DNA of 59,888 nt, counting the filler, from an uncultured bacterium (GTDB taxonomy: Bacteria > Hinthialibacterota > Hinthialibacteria > Hinthialibacterales > Hinthialibacteraceae): assembly GCA_964449065.1 (NCBI GenBank). It is 3 parts of 3 records of this genome, joined end to end, with 100 filler letters (N's around TTAATTAATTAA, not from the genome) between each part and the next. Parts side by side here need not be neighbours in the genome. Positions count along the whole stretch, not along the records: positions 1 to 20,095 come from CAYVAZ010000053.1; positions 20,196 to 40,196 come from CAYVAZ010000054.1; 1 more part is not named here. The stretch is one strand, 5' to 3'. The first letter of the stretch is position 1. The number at the start of each line of letters is the position of its first letter. Made by a program: the position numbers and the translations under genes. The notes below the pieces were generated by a model, which made no database searches, had not been told where the DNA came from, and saw only the letters and a program-made list of their open reading frames with translations. Shown in pieces: positions 10,971 to 20,381 of the stretch.

Positions 10971-11293
10971 ATCCGCGCTCCCAAGTGTTTGTTGCGGAAT
11001 AGTTGCGCGTAAATTATTGCGCATACATTTATGGCCCTGAGTGGTAACCTGCAATCATATTGCCGCTTGAAATTGGCTTCGCCACAAGATTTCCATTCCG
11101 CTGTTCAAAATCGCATTGTAAAAAAACAACTCATCTGCCCAACCTTCTGAATGCCCATGCCAACGAATGAGAATGTGTTTTGAATCGTTTTGTATCCCGT
11201 TTCAGTCAAGAACGGCCGGCAATCTCGGCGATAAGCCCGGCGAAAGAAAGAGATGACGTTATCAACACGCAACCATATCAACTTGCACCGGTA

Positions 11294-13183
11294 TTAATAC
11301 AACAACCGCAACCGGATCGTATTTGGGATATTCTTCAGGTCCGAGATCACCATGGGGTCATACTCTCTCGCGACATCGGTAATCACATACCCAATCGTTT
11401 CATTGGTTTTTAAATGCTGCCCCAGAATATTGATCTTATGTTTGGAGAATACGTTCGTAATATCCGCCAAAACACCGGGGACATTTTTGTGGATGTGAAT
11501 AAACCGATGGCCGTTTTTCACTTCCTGTAGTTGCAGATTGGGGAAATTCACACACGCCGTTGTGCTTCCCGTGTTGACAAACCGGATGATGTTTTCCGCC
11601 ACAAACCGGGCAATATCCATCTGGGCTTCCACCGTACTCCCGCCCACATGTGGGGTGAGAATGGTATTGGGAAGATTTTGCAGCGTGGAAGAAAACGGCT
11701 CGTCATTATTCTTCGGCTCCTCTGGAAACACATCCACAGCGGCGCCGCGTACTTTGCCTTCGCGAATGGCCTTCGCTAACGCATCGGTATCCACCAAAAA
11801 TCCTCTGGCCAGATTTAGAAAGATCACGCCGTCTTTCATTAGGTTCAATTCTTTTTCGGTAATGATCGGCTTTTTCGGACCGGAACCATCGACATGAATC
11901 GTAATGATGTCAGCCTTCTTTAACACCTCGCGCATGGAATTGCACTTTTGGGCATTGCCGAGAGTCAATTTTTCCTGGATATCATAATACAGGACCTTCA
12001 TGCCCAGGCTTTCCGCCAATACAGACAGTTGCGAACCGATATTTCCATACCCAATGATGCCTATCGTTTTCCCCCGAATTTCATTGCTGTTGCTTGCCCC
12101 CTTTTTCCACTTGCCTTGGTGCGCCGCCACCGATTTATCAAACGTTTCCCGCATGAGCACAATGAGGAGACCGATGGTTAATTCGACGACCGACCGGGTG
12201 TTGCTATAGGGGGCGTTAAACACGGGTATGCCATGATGTTGACAGGACACCAGGTCAATTTGATTGGTCCCGATACAAAAGGCGCCGATCGACAAAGCCT
12301 GTTTGGCACCAGCCAGCACCTTGGCGGTCACTTTTGTTTTGGATCGAATGCCCAATATGGATACCTTTTCGATCCGTTGGACCAATTCGTCTTCCGACAG
12401 CGATCCGCTTTCCTGCTCGACCCGGTACCCTTCTTCTTTTAGCATTTTTACGGCAATAGGGTGAATATTTTCCAATAGCAGAACGCGGATTCGGTTTTTG
12501 GGGTAGGAAGTAGCCGAATCCAATTTAAAGCGGTATAGAAATTCATCAAAACTGGGGATCACATAATCCGCTTTTTCCACGATGGCCGGATCGGCTTTGT
12601 GCTCAGTATACCCAAAAAAATGATCGGCGATTCCTTCCTGTTTCAACTCAAAATCGGATGGATGATTTCCAAATACAAGTAGCGGATGTTTCCATTTCAG
12701 TTTGTTTGCTTGCCGTATTTTTCCATTTGGTTTTGCCAGCAAACTCTGTTTGTCAATCGATGCAATGTTTCCTTGCTTGTCATACTCGATCGCGATTGCA
12801 AACACATGCTCCGGTAGGATCCCCAGGGATGCGGCCACCGGCTGCACGAGATCTTTCAAACCGTAGGATAACACATAGATATTGTTTGCGTTTTTTTTGA
12901 TATACGCTTTGTTGCGCGCGATCGAAACGGAGATTTTTTTTTTGAGTTTGGGGACCACTCTTTTGATTTGCTCACGGGTCGGTTGCAAGAGTTGAAGCCG
13001 TTGTTCCATTGCTTTCGCTGGAGTGATTTCTCCATTGACGGCTTGTTCCGATAACGCATGGAATTGCTTCAATATCTTCTCTTTGTTCTTCGACTTCTTC
13101 AATACGAATTCCGCCAATTCGGCCATGGAATCGCAACTGATAAGGGTATAGTTAAAATTGAGTATAATGGTATGATCTTTCAT
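11294..13183 (-). CDS. serA: D-3-phosphoglycerate dehydrogenase with N-terminal HAD phosphoserine-phosphatase-like domain and C-terminal ACT domain
   Basis: GIRSKT, FCIGTNQ, NAPYSNTRSV, GYGNIG, DVFPEEP, TPHVGGST, HKNVPGVL; ~220-aa HAD-like N-terminal extension. Confidence 0.93.
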   Translation of the reverse strand: MKDHTIILNFNYTLISCDSMAELAEFVLKKSKNKEKILKQFHALSEQAVNGEITPAKAMEQRLQLLQPTREQIKRVVPKLKKKISVSIARNKAYIKKNANNIYVLSYGLKDLVQPVAASLGILPEHVFAIAIEYDKQGNIASIDKQSLLAKPNGKIRQANKLKWKHPLLVFGNHPSDFELKQEGIADHFFGYTEHKADPAIVEKADYVIPSFDEFLYRFKLDSATSYPKNRIRVLLLENIHPIAVKMLKEEGYRVEQESGSLSEDELVQRIEKVSILGIRSKTKVTAKVLAGAKQALSIGAFCIGTNQIDLVSCQHHGIPVFNAPYSNTRSVVELTIGLLIVLMRETFDKSVAAHQGKWKKGASNSNEIRGKTIGIIGYGNIGSQLSVLAESLGMKVLYYDIQEKLTLGNAQKCNSMREVLKKADIITIHVDGSGPKKPIITEKELNLMKDGVIFLNLARGFLVDTDALAKAIREGKVRGAAVDVFPEEPKNNDEPFSSTLQNLPNTILTPHVGGSTVEAQMDIARFVAENIIRFVNTGSTTACVNFPNLQLQEVKNGHRFIHIHKNVPGVLADITNVFSKHKINILGQHLKTNETIGYVITDVAREYDPMVISDLKNIPNTIRLRLLY

Positions 13184-13455
13184 GCTTTCCTTTTGCTGAC
13201 AATGAATTGTCCGGTTGATTCAAACTGAGTTTTCGCCGTTTAGAATACACTTTGATTGCGGTATGTTTTTTTCGATGAATGCATTGTATGACAATGATCG
13301 TGATCGTTGCCGGTCGCAATGTTTATCAGAACTGCTGCCTTGCCGGACACAGGCAAGATTATCTTCGCGGAACGTATATTCATAAAGCCGTTAGTTTATC
13401 CGGGAAAATCGTATGTTCAATCGTTGAAAGCAAACCGGAAGTGTATGTGAGTAGT

Positions 13456-14013
13456 TTAAAAGTTGCCGGATGTGTACGGATATCCCTCCTGATATTGTCC
13501 TTCCACACCCGAAATCATATTGCCGGTGCTCAAAAATCCATTGGTGGGATCATAGGTCTCTCCATCAAACAACCCATCCGGGCCATAGCTGATAATAAAA
13601 TAAGCGAAATTACGGTTGCTGCGAACCGGTGAGTTGGAATTCGCGTTGAACGCGAAGAAGGCGGGTTCGGCGTGATATTGCCCTTGGGTGCAGCACTGCC
13701 AAGGCCAACTGATATGCTTTCCATGTTCCCCATTCGGGTCGGCAAACACATCAACAACAGAGGAAGAAAAGTAAGCGATCGGCGTTGTTACAAAGCGGTG
13801 CTGCGCCGGATCTCCATCAATGTGGGGCGTAAAGGCATTGTTGTCCATCCGGTACATTGTATACGCCTGTGCCAGACTCTTCAGTTCCGATGAAGCCCGC
13901 GATACCTTTGCCCTCAGCATTGCGTTCAAAAAATTCGGCACCGCAATCGCCGCAAGGATTCCAATAATTGCCACCACAATCAACAACTCAATCAGCGTAA
14001 ATCCCTTTTTCAT
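13456..14013 (-). CDS. type IV pilin/pseudopilin-like protein, paralog 3
   Basis: MKKG|FTLIELLIVVAIIGILAAIAVPNF; VTTPIAY, SYGPD, YDPTNGFLSTGN. Confidence 0.9.
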   Translation of the reverse strand: MKKGFTLIELLIVVAIIGILAAIAVPNFLNAMLRAKVSRASSELKSLAQAYTMYRMDNNAFTPHIDGDPAQHRFVTTPIAYFSSSVVDVFADPNGEHGKHISWPWQCCTQGQYHAEPAFFAFNANSNSPVRSNRNFAYFIISYGPDGLFDGETYDPTNGFLSTGNMISGVEGQYQEGYPYTSGNF

Positions 14014-14089
14014 TTTTCTCTCCCCTATAAAATGTTTTAACAAAAACATCCTGACTCATTGTGATACAAGAAAAATGAACCATTGCCAT

Positions 14090-14105
14090 TGCAATCTCAT
14101 GGCCA
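14090..14105 (-). promoter_or_regulatory. candidate sigma-54 (-24/-12) promoter for pilin paralog 3
   Basis: Minus strand TGGCCATGAGATTGCA gives GG-N10-GC with TTGCA, ~77 nt upstream of the ATG. Confidence 0.45.
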
Positions 14106-14227
14106 AGTCATCCATTAAACCATGAGATACTAGAACCGGTTCAAATGCTTGCCTGCAAGAATGCCTTCACGACACATAGCAAAACGTTTTTCCATCCTAT
14201 AAGTTCCCCATTGAATGTCTACCGGTT

Positions 14228-15238
14228 TTATTGATGGTCCTCTTCGTAGTGCTTTTTCAGGATATCCATGCCGAAATCGCCGTTAAAATCACGCCATACC
14301 GTATGCGAGTGATTGTTGTTGTTTTGGATGTTATCGTATTCCAACAAAAAGGTCGGCCCTTGCACCCGGTAATAATGTGCTTCGCCGGGCGTTGTTTTTC
14401 CCGCCCATGCAAAGGTGATATCCTCTAAGGATTCTTCAATCTCAAGGATATCGCGTTCGGCGAATACCGGGCGGACACGATAGATGTATTCTTTAATTAA
14501 CTCGAAGACCATCTTCGCTTGTGCTTCGGTCATCGCGGATACCGGCAATCCATCCGGCGCTAATGGATCCACTCTCGGTTGCGCGCCGGTGAAAATATCC
14601 CGTGGGGCTTCTGCTGAAATCAATACGGCTTTTCGCTGTTCATCATTCAACGAGTTGATGATTTTGCGTGCCAAGTCTTCTTCTGCCCCTAAAACCCGCA
14701 ACCCTTTGTGCGGGCCATCCAGCACTTTGTGCGGGTTGGCTCCCATGAATAATGGCGTACTGGATATCACCTTAGCGCCAGACAGCGTGAAGTTCACCGA
14801 GGAATGATGGCCTTCTACACGCCAACCCCAGGTTCCATCCATACCGGGAGTGCCAAAGACGGCAATGTAATACAACGAGGGATCGCGGTGCGGCGCGTTG
14901 TTTTCCAGTTCATGCAGAACTTGCTCCAGTACCATAATTTGAAACGATTTCTTCATTCCCGGGCTGCTCATGCCGGTGCTTAGCAGCGCGAAGGCCAGTT
15001 GCTGCTGGTAGATCGTCATTTCCTTCAGCGGCAACCCGGCGCGTACTCGCGGGACGAAATGCCAATTCGTGCGCTCTTTGCTGTTCCAATCCAACGCGGC
15101 GTTTTCTTTTTGCTGATCATTCAGCGAGTTTAAAAACGAATGGGCGGCATCCACCATATCTTTCGTGTTTTCCGCCCAAGCCGGCATTGAAAACGCCAAA
15201 CATAACAATATCGAACCTAGAAATTTCATAATCCTCAC
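14228..15238 (-). CDS. DUF3500 domain secreted protein
   Basis: Signal peptide; WHFVP, WGWRVEGHH, YYRVQGPTFLLEYDN, NHSHTVWRD..GDFG. Confidence 0.88.
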   Translation of the reverse strand: MRIMKFLGSILLCLAFSMPAWAENTKDMVDAAHSFLNSLNDQQKENAALDWNSKERTNWHFVPRVRAGLPLKEMTIYQQQLAFALLSTGMSSPGMKKSFQIMVLEQVLHELENNAPHRDPSLYYIAVFGTPGMDGTWGWRVEGHHSSVNFTLSGAKVISSTPLFMGANPHKVLDGPHKGLRVLGAEEDLARKIINSLNDEQRKAVLISAEAPRDIFTGAQPRVDPLAPDGLPVSAMTEAQAKMVFELIKEYIYRVRPVFAERDILEIEESLEDITFAWAGKTTPGEAHYYRVQGPTFLLEYDNIQNNNNHSHTVWRDFNGDFGMDILKKHYEEDHQ

Positions 15239-15312
15239 TCCAAATTAAATTAAACGGTTTGAGAAGTACCATAATGTGATGTTCAATACCTAGGGGCAGT
15301 GTTCAATTCAAT

Positions 15313-16647
15313 ATGGCTTACCAACCGTTGAGTATACTAATGTACGGATTTTTACAGCGCTTGTCTATGCTTGTTCAGACTCCATTACACGGAATGTCAT
15401 TGTTTTTTGCGTCCGTTGTTGGTTTCATTGTTTTCCTAAACGCGATGGACTTATTTGTAATGCGCCAGTGGGATTTCAGTGTGTATTACATGGCCGGCTA
15501 TGCGCTGAACCACGATTGGAACCCGTATGACCGGGATGGACTGCAGGAACTCGCCTCCAGTCTTCCGGAAGTCGAGTATGGCGGTCTCCCATACCTTTAT
15601 CCTCCCTTAACGGGATATTTGTTTAAGCCGCTGGCATTGCTCCCCTACTTTGAAGCAAAGTATGTTTGGTTTGTCTGCAAATGCGCTGCCTTAGAGGGAA
15701 TCATTCTGGTTACACTATTCGTTTGCCGGATCCCGATCAGCGTTTTTTCATTGGGCTTGGTTCATCTCGCCGCGGTTTACTTTCGGCCGGTACGCTTGGA
15801 TTTCAATGCCGGCAACATCGCAGTGTTTGAAGCCCTTATGGTCTATGCGTTTTTTTGGTATTGGCGAATCGCTAATTACCGGTCATCCGGGGTAGTGCTG
15901 TCTTTCGTAGGGGCAATCAAAATCATGCCATTGATGTTGATTCTTTATCCACTTCATTTGCGACAGTACAAACTGCTGATCCCCTTCTTCATCAGTATGG
16001 GTTGTATTGGTGCGACGACATTATATCATTATAATTTATTTACATCTTATTTAACATTCTATCAATCCACTTTATGGCGGCAGATTTGGGATGAGCAAGT
16101 GCAGAGTTTTTTTAACTGCTCATCGACAACGGTCATACTGCGCACGTTTACGGATACCTATTTTGCACGGCCAATAATTGAATCCGATTTAATCGCGAAT
16201 ACTTTGATCCCCCTGTTTCCAATCGCTGTCTTTTTTTTATCCGCCTGGTTGATTGATAAAGCTTTGAAGATGAATCCACAGATTCATTCGCATGAGTTTA
16301 ATGTCGCACTATTAATCATGACGCTTTTATTGATTTCGCCTCGGCTTGCAGGATATACATTGGCGTGGCTGTTTTTGCCCTATATTTGTGTAGCAAAAGA
16401 AATCGTGATCAATCGTATGGTTTCGGCAGGGATTTTGTGGCTACTAAGCCTTGGTTTGCTTCAAGTTGTGGCGCCGCCTGAGCATATACCGCATGGTTGG
16501 CCGCAATTGCTCATTGATAAGGAGTTTTTCGCGTTGTTTTTTTTGTACCTATCCATGGCGATCGTTCTTGTTAAAAAATACAAAAAGATTAAAGAAATTC
16601 CCCGGCATTCCGATACTTTAGTGTTAGAAAGCATCGAAGAATCATAG
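15313..16647 (+). CDS. GT87-like (DUF2029) membrane glycosyltransferase
   Basis: Polytopic; DF.VYY.A, NPYD, YLYPP, GN, IK..P motifs; exact start uncertain. Confidence 0.8.
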   Translation: MAYQPLSILMYGFLQRLSMLVQTPLHGMSLFFASVVGFIVFLNAMDLFVMRQWDFSVYYMAGYALNHDWNPYDRDGLQELASSLPEVEYGGLPYLYPPLTGYLFKPLALLPYFEAKYVWFVCKCAALEGIILVTLFVCRIPISVFSLGLVHLAAVYFRPVRLDFNAGNIAVFEALMVYAFFWYWRIANYRSSGVVLSFVGAIKIMPLMLILYPLHLRQYKLLIPFFISMGCIGATTLYHYNLFTSYLTFYQSTLWRQIWDEQVQSFFNCSSTTVILRTFTDTYFARPIIESDLIANTLIPLFPIAVFFLSAWLIDKALKMNPQIHSHEFNVALLIMTLLLISPRLAGYTLAWLFLPYICVAKEIVINRMVSAGILWLLSLGLLQVVAPPEHIPHGWPQLLIDKEFFALFFLYLSMAIVLVKKYKKIKEIPRHSDTLVLESIEES

Positions 16648-16732
16648 GCAAGTATCTTGCTTTTATTCAATGAGTTAGATACAATCACTCGGACGCTGTG
16701 AAAATGCGGAATAAAATTAACAAAGTTAAGTA

Positions 16733-16759
16733 TTAAGTTTACAGAATCTTGGCCGATAA
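16733..16759 (+). promoter_or_regulatory. sigma-28 (FliA) promoter
   Basis: TTAAGTTT-N11-GCCGATAA versus consensus TAAAGTTT-N11-GCCGATAA, directly upstream of flgM. Confidence 0.8.
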
Positions 16760-16863
16760 AACAATAGTGAAACACGAATTTGACTGAAATGATGAAAACT
16801 GTTATGATGTGCTGAGGTTTTACCCTCACACGATGAATGAAGGCGGTAGAAGGAGTAGATGTC

Positions 16864-17175
16864 ATGGTGGATATCGTAAGAATAAATTCGACAGGAAACA
16901 ACCAAATTAACCGGGTGACGGACCGTCCTGCTGCGAAGTCTACTGAGGCTGGTTCGGCTGGCACAAGCAACAGTGCACCGCAAACCGATACCATTAACAT
17001 CGGTGCCGGTGCGCGCGAGGCCACAACGGTACAGAATCTTGTAGCCTTGGCACAGGCCGAGCCGAATGTTCGCACCGATGCCGTTGCGGCAGCCAAAGAA
17101 AAATTGGCCAACGGAGAATTTAACACCCGCGCCGCTTTTGAAGGCGCAGCCAAAGGAATTCTCGGCATTTCTTAA
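16864..17175 (+). CDS. flgM: flagellar anti-sigma-28 factor FlgM
   Basis: ~100 aa with low-complexity N-terminus, DTINI, PNVRTDAV..AKEKL.NGEF; AAGGAG RBS; sigma-28 promoter upstream. Confidence 0.8.
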   Translation: MVDIVRINSTGNNQINRVTDRPAAKSTEAGSAGTSNSAPQTDTINIGAGAREATTVQNLVALAQAEPNVRTDAVAAAKEKLANGEFNTRAAFEGAAKGILGIS

Positions 17176-17220
17176 TCCACCGCTTTTATCAAGAGAAATC
17201 CAAAGCCCTTTAAAGCTTAT

Positions 17221-17251
17221 AGCCCTTTCGGTCTCCGAAAGGGCTTTTTTC
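17221..17251 (+). terminator. rho-independent terminator after flgM
   Basis: AGCCCTTTCGG-TCT-CCGAAAGGGCT followed by a T run. Confidence 0.85.
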
Positions 17252-17558
17252 ATATCTGTCGGCTCAATACATTCAATCGTTCGCGCATTTTTTTGACGTA
17301 TTTTGGCTGTGAACTTAGGTAGTGGATGGATTGAGGCTTAGCACGAAGCTCATCGAATTCCGCGGCCGCCTTTGCACTGCCTCAGCGTTTCATCATCGCA
17401 TTGCCAGAGAGCAACGGATTCCAGCTGGTAAATCTAGGTGTTGTATTCAAACCCCTACGCAAACAGAAATTGTTCGCGTGACGACTGAACGCTTTAGTGC
17501 AATCCATCTCCGCCTGTGAGCAATCCGCGATGGAGTAACAATAAATTTTAACTCATCA

Positions 17559-19520
17559 CTAATCAATCAACACAGGCGGTTGAATGTCAATCGGCTCTTC
17601 ATTAGCGGGGTGATACCGAAAAGGCACACTCTTTACGATTTCATAGATAAGAGTTTTGGTTCGGTAATCGTCGCGTTTAAGTTGCTCAACAATATGATCG
17701 ATGGTGCAGTAGTCTTCTGTTACCAAACTTCTCCCCAACGCATAGCCCAGCATTTTTGCCGTGAAATGACGAACAAAATCATCCTTACGTTCCAAAATCA
17801 GTTGTTTCAGGTCCTCTGGTCCATGAAAGGTTTTGCCGTTGGGCAAGGTACCGGTTGAGTCAATCGGCTGGCCGGCATCTTCATCCCGCCAGCGCCCCAA
17901 TACATCAAAGTTCTCTAACCCGAAACCAATGGGATCAATCCGGTCATGGCACGATGCGCACACCGGATTCTCCCGGTGTTTCATTAAGCGTTCACGCAGA
18001 GTTTTGGGTTCTTCCCCTTCTTGATTCTCTTCCAACTCCGGCACGTTTGGCGGCGGAGGCGGAGGCGGGGATCCCAGGATCGTTTCCAGCACCCACTTGC
18101 CGCGCAAGACCGGACTGGTGCGGTGCGAGTACGAACTCACGGCCAGCACACTGGCCATTGTCATGACTCCCCCGCGGACATGGTCTTGGGGCAATGTAAT
18201 TCGTTTCAACTGCTGCTGGCGAATCCCGGTGTCGTCATCGAAATTATAGAGTTTTGACAGATCCCGGTTGACGTACGTAAAGTCCGCATCGATAAGATTG
18301 GTCAATGGGCGGTTGTTTTGAATCATATCTTGGAACAAATAAACCGGTTCCCATTTCATCGCGTATTCCAGTTCTTGATCGTAGACCGGAAAAAGGTCTT
18401 GATCCGGCACAATATCCCGCCCCAGTTCGCGGAACCCCAACCATTGGCTCATAAAACTTTGCGCGAACTCGAAATACCGGCGGTCTTCCAGTTCATCCGA
18501 ACGGCGGTAAGTGAGTTGACCGTTTTTGTAGGTATCCAGCATCCGATCGACCTGGTCGAGCAGTACATCCTCATCATGCAAATCTTTATCTCGTGCGGCG
18601 TTGAGCAGTTTTTCATCCGGAGTGCTGTTCCACAAAAAGTAGGAAAGACGTGACGCGAGTTCATAATCGCTGACCGGTTTGGGCGTATCCGAAAGATTGG
18701 GCTCTTCAATCAAAAACAAAAAGTGCGGTGAGATCAACACGGCTTGCAACGCATAAAACACGGCGTTTTCATGCGGCAAATTCCGCTCTTTGGCTTTGCG
18801 GTAAAGCGACATTAACTGCGCGAGTTCATCCAACTGCACCGGCCGCCGAAACGCGCGGTACGCGAATTTTTCCAACACCTTTACAGCAGATTCTTCTTCG
18901 GTGTGCGGTTCTTTTGGAGTGGGGGCAAATACCGTCAAGCGCGCGTTTTCGTCTTTCATGGCATAGTTCAGCACTTCTTTCGCGGATTCGAGATAGCGTT
19001 CCATATGCACAGGAGATATAAAAAGCGCCTCGGCAGCGTTGTCGAAGCCCGCTCCGCCGCCCCCGTCATGGGGAAGATTGCTCCCGGCATTGAAGTGGAT
19101 ATCAAACAGATCACGGATGGTATTCGAGTACTCACCGCGATTAAGCCGCCGAATGGTAGATGGTCCTGGATCAATACCGTCCGCACAGACGGCTTCTTGA
19201 ATCGTGTTCTTAATCCACTCCACCAGGGCTTCGCGCTCTTCGATAGTGGGCTGCAGCGCGTCGGGTGGCGGCATTTCACTCGCTTGCAGCCGCTGCACAA
19301 TTTTGTTCCATTCACCGATATTGCCGGCGATATCGTCCTTGGATTCCCACTCCACCAAGTTCAAACCCGCCTGCGGATTCTCGTTGTTATGACAAAACGC
19401 GCAGTACATACCGATAGTGTTTTTGGCTTCCTCAAGTGTGAGCGGCTGCTCTTTAGCGTTCACGAAACCAGAAGAAAGAAGCAATAACGCAATAATATAT
19501 ATAATGTAGTTTGATTTCAT
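17559..19520 (-). CDS. DUF1592/DUF1588/DUF1585/DUF1587/DUF1595 protein with planctomycete-type cytochrome c domain
   Basis: Signal peptide from ATG 19520; CAFCH and CASCH heme motifs; RRLNRGEY.NTI.DL, ELASRLSYFLWNSTPD, TSPVLRGKWV. Confidence 0.9.
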   Translation of the reverse strand: MKSNYIIYIIALLLLSSGFVNAKEQPLTLEEAKNTIGMYCAFCHNNENPQAGLNLVEWESKDDIAGNIGEWNKIVQRLQASEMPPPDALQPTIEEREALVEWIKNTIQEAVCADGIDPGPSTIRRLNRGEYSNTIRDLFDIHFNAGSNLPHDGGGGAGFDNAAEALFISPVHMERYLESAKEVLNYAMKDENARLTVFAPTPKEPHTEEESAVKVLEKFAYRAFRRPVQLDELAQLMSLYRKAKERNLPHENAVFYALQAVLISPHFLFLIEEPNLSDTPKPVSDYELASRLSYFLWNSTPDEKLLNAARDKDLHDEDVLLDQVDRMLDTYKNGQLTYRRSDELEDRRYFEFAQSFMSQWLGFRELGRDIVPDQDLFPVYDQELEYAMKWEPVYLFQDMIQNNRPLTNLIDADFTYVNRDLSKLYNFDDDTGIRQQQLKRITLPQDHVRGGVMTMASVLAVSSYSHRTSPVLRGKWVLETILGSPPPPPPPNVPELEENQEGEEPKTLRERLMKHRENPVCASCHDRIDPIGFGLENFDVLGRWRDEDAGQPIDSTGTLPNGKTFHGPEDLKQLILERKDDFVRHFTAKMLGYALGRSLVTEDYCTIDHIVEQLKRDDYRTKTLIYEIVKSVPFRYHPANEEPIDIQPPVLID

Positions 19521-19587
19521 AATTGTTTGTATTATAAAAAGAATTTTGTGTGTGGGGGAAGGGTATAGATTACGTTCCAATTTTTCA

Positions 19588-20067
19588 TCATAACAATTTT
19601 TTAACGTCATTAAAGCCTGTTTCACAAATCCAATGATCGTTACCCTCCGTGCCAATGTTTTCGGCCTGTGCACGCGTGAGAAGCTCTTTAAGCTTGTCGC
19701 TGGTTTCCTTGGCGTACAAACGCACCATCCCAATGGTCGTGCGATCATCGAAGACGATCGCGAGAATGCATCGTTCGCCGACCAGTGAAATGTGGATATG
19801 ATCCTTGTGTCCCTGGTGAAACAGCACCGAGAATTCTGGTTCCCCGACGAGGCGGGCGATCTCCTTGGTCGACGCAAAGCTGCCCGCCAACAGGGCCGAC
19901 AACGCGGTGGTATCGAGCGATTGCGTAAATCCCTGGCGTGTGATCAAGTGGCCATCCTTGTCGACCAGCAAGGCACACTTGGCTTCCGCCTTTTTGATCA
20001 TCCGCAAAATGATCGCGTTGATCTGATCAATTTGTTCTTCCATCAGGACAAATGACTGAGACGACAT
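19588..20067 (-). CDS. mglB: roadblock/LC7 protein, MglB-like
   Basis: LLVDKDGHLI, TALSALLAGSFAST.EIARLVGE.EFSVLFHQG, FDDRTTIGMVR; AAGGAGG RBS. Confidence 0.8.
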   Translation of the reverse strand: MSSQSFVLMEEQIDQINAIILRMIKKAEAKCALLVDKDGHLITRQGFTQSLDTTALSALLAGSFASTKEIARLVGEPEFSVLFHQGHKDHIHISLVGERCILAIVFDDRTTIGMVRLYAKETSDKLKELLTRAQAENIGTEGNDHWICETGFNDVKKLL

Positions 20068-20095
20068 CGGCCACCTCCTTATCGACCGAACAGCC

Positions 20096-20195
20096 NNNNN
20101 NNNNNNNNNNNNNNNNNNNNNNNNNNNNNNNNNNNNNNNTTAATTAATTAANNNNNNNNNNNNNNNNNNNNNNNNNNNNNNNNNNNNNNNNNNNN
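20096..20195. other. artificial contig-joining linker
   Basis: Exactly 100 nt: N44-TTAATTAATTAA-N44, with stops in all six frames. Confidence 0.97.
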
Positions 20196-20381
20196 CTCCC
20201 TTTGGGAGAAGATAAGAGATGAGGGCGAAGAGAGCGATTTCTCCCTATGAAGCAGTAGCGTAATTAGAGATTTATTCCTCCCGAACCCTCACCCCGGCCC
20301 TCTCCCGGTGGGCGAGGGCGATAGATGCGGCGAACGATTAGAAAAACAGGCATATCATAATGTAGTGCGTAACATGAGTTA
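20196..20381 (+). repeat. ~185-bp MITE/REP-doublet repeat, family 2 (second copy 31615-31802)
   Basis: Near-identical blocks CTCCCTTTGGGAGAAGATAAGAGATGAGGGCG...CATATCATAATGTAGTGCGTAAC; this copy begins at the contig edge. Confidence 0.85.

Noticed and set aside
16461..17253. Minus-strand ORFs of 235 aa and 175 aa over flgM, plus many other short antisense ORFs
   Set aside because: Shadow frames of real genes with no motifs or RBS; flgM has promoter, RBS and terminator support
19521..19877. Long N-terminal extensions in the ORF track (also 4378-4539, 10971-11054, 50216-50332)
   Set aside because: They overlap other genes or repeats, or precede a clear signal peptide; downstream ATGs fit better
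20140..20151. TTAATTAATTAA palindrome inside N runs (also 40241-40252)
   Set aside because: Identical artificial six-frame-stop linker, not biological
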